Assembly (NCBI RefSeq): GCF_963853765.1
Contig: NC_088860.1
Coordinates: forward strand, 7,750,001 to 7,814,000
From: Magallana gigas
Lineage: Eukaryota
Length of the DNA: 64,000 bases
Direction of reading: 5' to 3'
Part shown: positions 61,991-64,000 of the stretch, piece after piece
How positions within the stretch are numbered: the first letter of the stretch is position 1
Layout of the letters: each line of letters opens with the position of its first letter
Translations under genes and position numbers: made by a program
Notes under the pieces: model-generated
Told to the model about the DNA's origin: nothing
Database searches by the model: none
The model's input: the letters and a program-made list of their open reading frames with translations, nothing else

Positions 61991-63145
61991 ATCTTCAAAC
62001 ATAAAGTCAGTACTAAATTTAATGAAATTTTTGGCTGGTTTTTTTAATTTTCTTTACTAATTGATAATACATGAAGGTGTGATAATTAATAAATGAACAA
62101 ATAACCATCTAAACTATGAAAGGTAAAGAAGGTATCGATTATAATAGTCGAGACAGGGTGAGAAGAGCAGGTCTAACTACCCTCCTTAGAACGCTGGGGA
62201 TCGTTCAGGTTCGGGCACTGATGCTTCATACTCGGGCCCACAGTGTGTCCCTACATGGGTAGTTAAACTGGCACACTGGTCGGCTCCCCAGTTACCCCAC
62301 AAAATCAATATGCGGCCAACATCCACCAATTGTTTGTAATAATGGAGTTATAAATATTTCTCATACTATTTATTGTGAAGTTCTATTACATAATTCCTGA
62401 ATGTTGCCAGGCTCTGTGTCTTTCAAGCAAATATAATGTATAGCGCTGGGTTAGCTTGGTGAATTCAATAATTAATAGTCTATAAAAGCTATATACATGT
62501 AACCTAAATCTGTAAACCGAACCCGATGTGGAGTGCATTTTAAAACTAGTGAACATACGCATTAGGGGAAAAAATACCATGTAAACCATAAAAGGTAAAT
62601 ACGGTATCATTTACAATAGTCAATAAAAGCTAAACGCTTGTGACCCAAATCTGTAAACCGAACCCAGTCAACAAAACAATCTACGCAGCTGTAAAATCCA
62701 CTAACACTTATTTATAGAATATATTGCAATTTTATTCCAAATTTAATTACATTAACACGAACTTATATATATCTATTAAAACTAAAATGAGTTAACAATT
62801 CTTTTGGTTTCAAAATCGAGCGTTTATACAAGCGGGATAACTTCACATATAGGAACACAATTAGCTGTGTTAGGTCTTGTCAGGGGTATAATTTTATACA
62901 CCGTATACAATATTCTACACCGTATCTAGCATTTGATATCTGATCTAAATTAATACAACGACCATCCCCGCTTATTAAGTACATGTACATGTATTATTTA
63001 TGAACTCTGTGTATTTTGTAAGCAGAATTAAAATTCTGGCTGTTACAGACAAAACATAAAATATTGATTCGCGGTTGCATATCTTGTAAAAACAAAAATG
63101 AAGGTGTTATATGGAACGCCTCAACTGCCTCATGTAGGTAATCTT

Positions 63146-63415
63146 CATAATATGATGATACTTCAACATTACATGATGGTACTTCAACATTACGTGCTGA
63201 TACTTCAACATTACATGATGGTACTTTAACATTACATGCTGATACTTCAACATTACATGATGGTACTTTAACATTACGTGATGGTACTTTAACATTACGT
63301 GCTGATACTTTAACATTACATGCTGATACTTTAACATTACATGATGGTACTTTAACATTACGTGCTGATAGTTCAACATTACATGCTGATATTTCATTAT
63401 ATGATGGTACTTTAC
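63146..63415. repeat. 21-bp minisatellite, about 12 copies
   Basis: Unit (A/G)TG(A/C)TG(G/A)TACTT(C/T)AACATTAC. It produces the heptad-repeat ORF 63107-63397. Confidence 0.92.
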
Positions 63416-64000
63416 TATGCGGTGGTTCTAAAAATAGGGAAGTTTTAACGTTGGGCTGTTTCTCTGTTTCAGAGATTGATCATATAAGACTAAGGTCCAC
63501 TGAGACTAGTTTGGATCATGTCAAAAAAGCTGGAACTACAAATAATAAAAAACAGGATTCTGCTTGAAAAATATATGTTATTGAAAAACTATAGATACTC
63601 AGATTATGAAAACCACTGGCAAACAATTTGTGAGAAATTATAATAAGTTTTATGACATATGTGATTGCTTAAACTATTCTCTTTTTTTAAAAATCATATT
63701 GACTTGTTAACAAATATTTTGATACATGTACCCCCTTTTCTATTGTATTTTTTAAATCTTCTATATCTCCCTTTTTCTCTTTTAATTTACTGCTATTTTT
63801 TTTTTATCTATATATTTTTTTTTTGCAAGAAAACACGTTTTCACACTACATGGATAATCTATTTCCTTTAGATTAATAAGATATTACAATATGTAGAATC
63901 TTGAAATGTATGAAATATGTCTGAAATATGTGTGTATGTGGATTTATGTGTAAACAAAAAAAAAGCTGGAACTGAAGAAGTACACAATACACTACAGCTC

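Noticed and set aside
63473-63646. Possible exon after the acceptor-like CTGTTTCAG with about 57 open codons
   Set aside because: No recognisable protein similarity and no partner exons identified in the window.

Overview
AT-rich, intron-containing eukaryotic DNA, most likely a bivalve mollusc (oyster-like; inferred from the repeat types, not proven). I rebuilt spliced genes by hand from GT-AG sites and reading phase. From left to right: (1) the 5' five exons of a GPAT3/4 glycerol-3-phosphate acyltransferase on the minus strand, which runs off the window; (2) a complete 4-exon ATP synthase subunit e gene, divergent from GPAT and missed by the ORF track; (3) a tandem cluster of five XK-related (Xkr/CED-8-family scramblase) loci in the order A1(premature stop)-B1-A2-B2(orphan last exon)-B3, built partly by duplication of an A-B unit followed by reciprocal decay; (4) two tandem Shisa-like single-pass membrane protein genes with an 8-Cys ectodomain. 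The rest is a dense TE landscape: TTAA-target (Kolobok-like) MITEs, Helentron-associated elements carrying satellites, a Mutator-like element with a 10-bp TSD, a P-like MITE, palindromic elements, and a Penelope-like RT split by a 6.8-kb nested insertion. The strongest leads are a DEVD caspase site at identical N-terminal positions in the two intact B-type Xkr genes (a CED-8-like arrangement), the reciprocal A1/B2 decay, and the nested Helentron-in-Penelope structure lying where B2 exons 1-2 should be. There is one assembly gap (50872-51070). No rRNA, true tRNA or CRISPR array was found.
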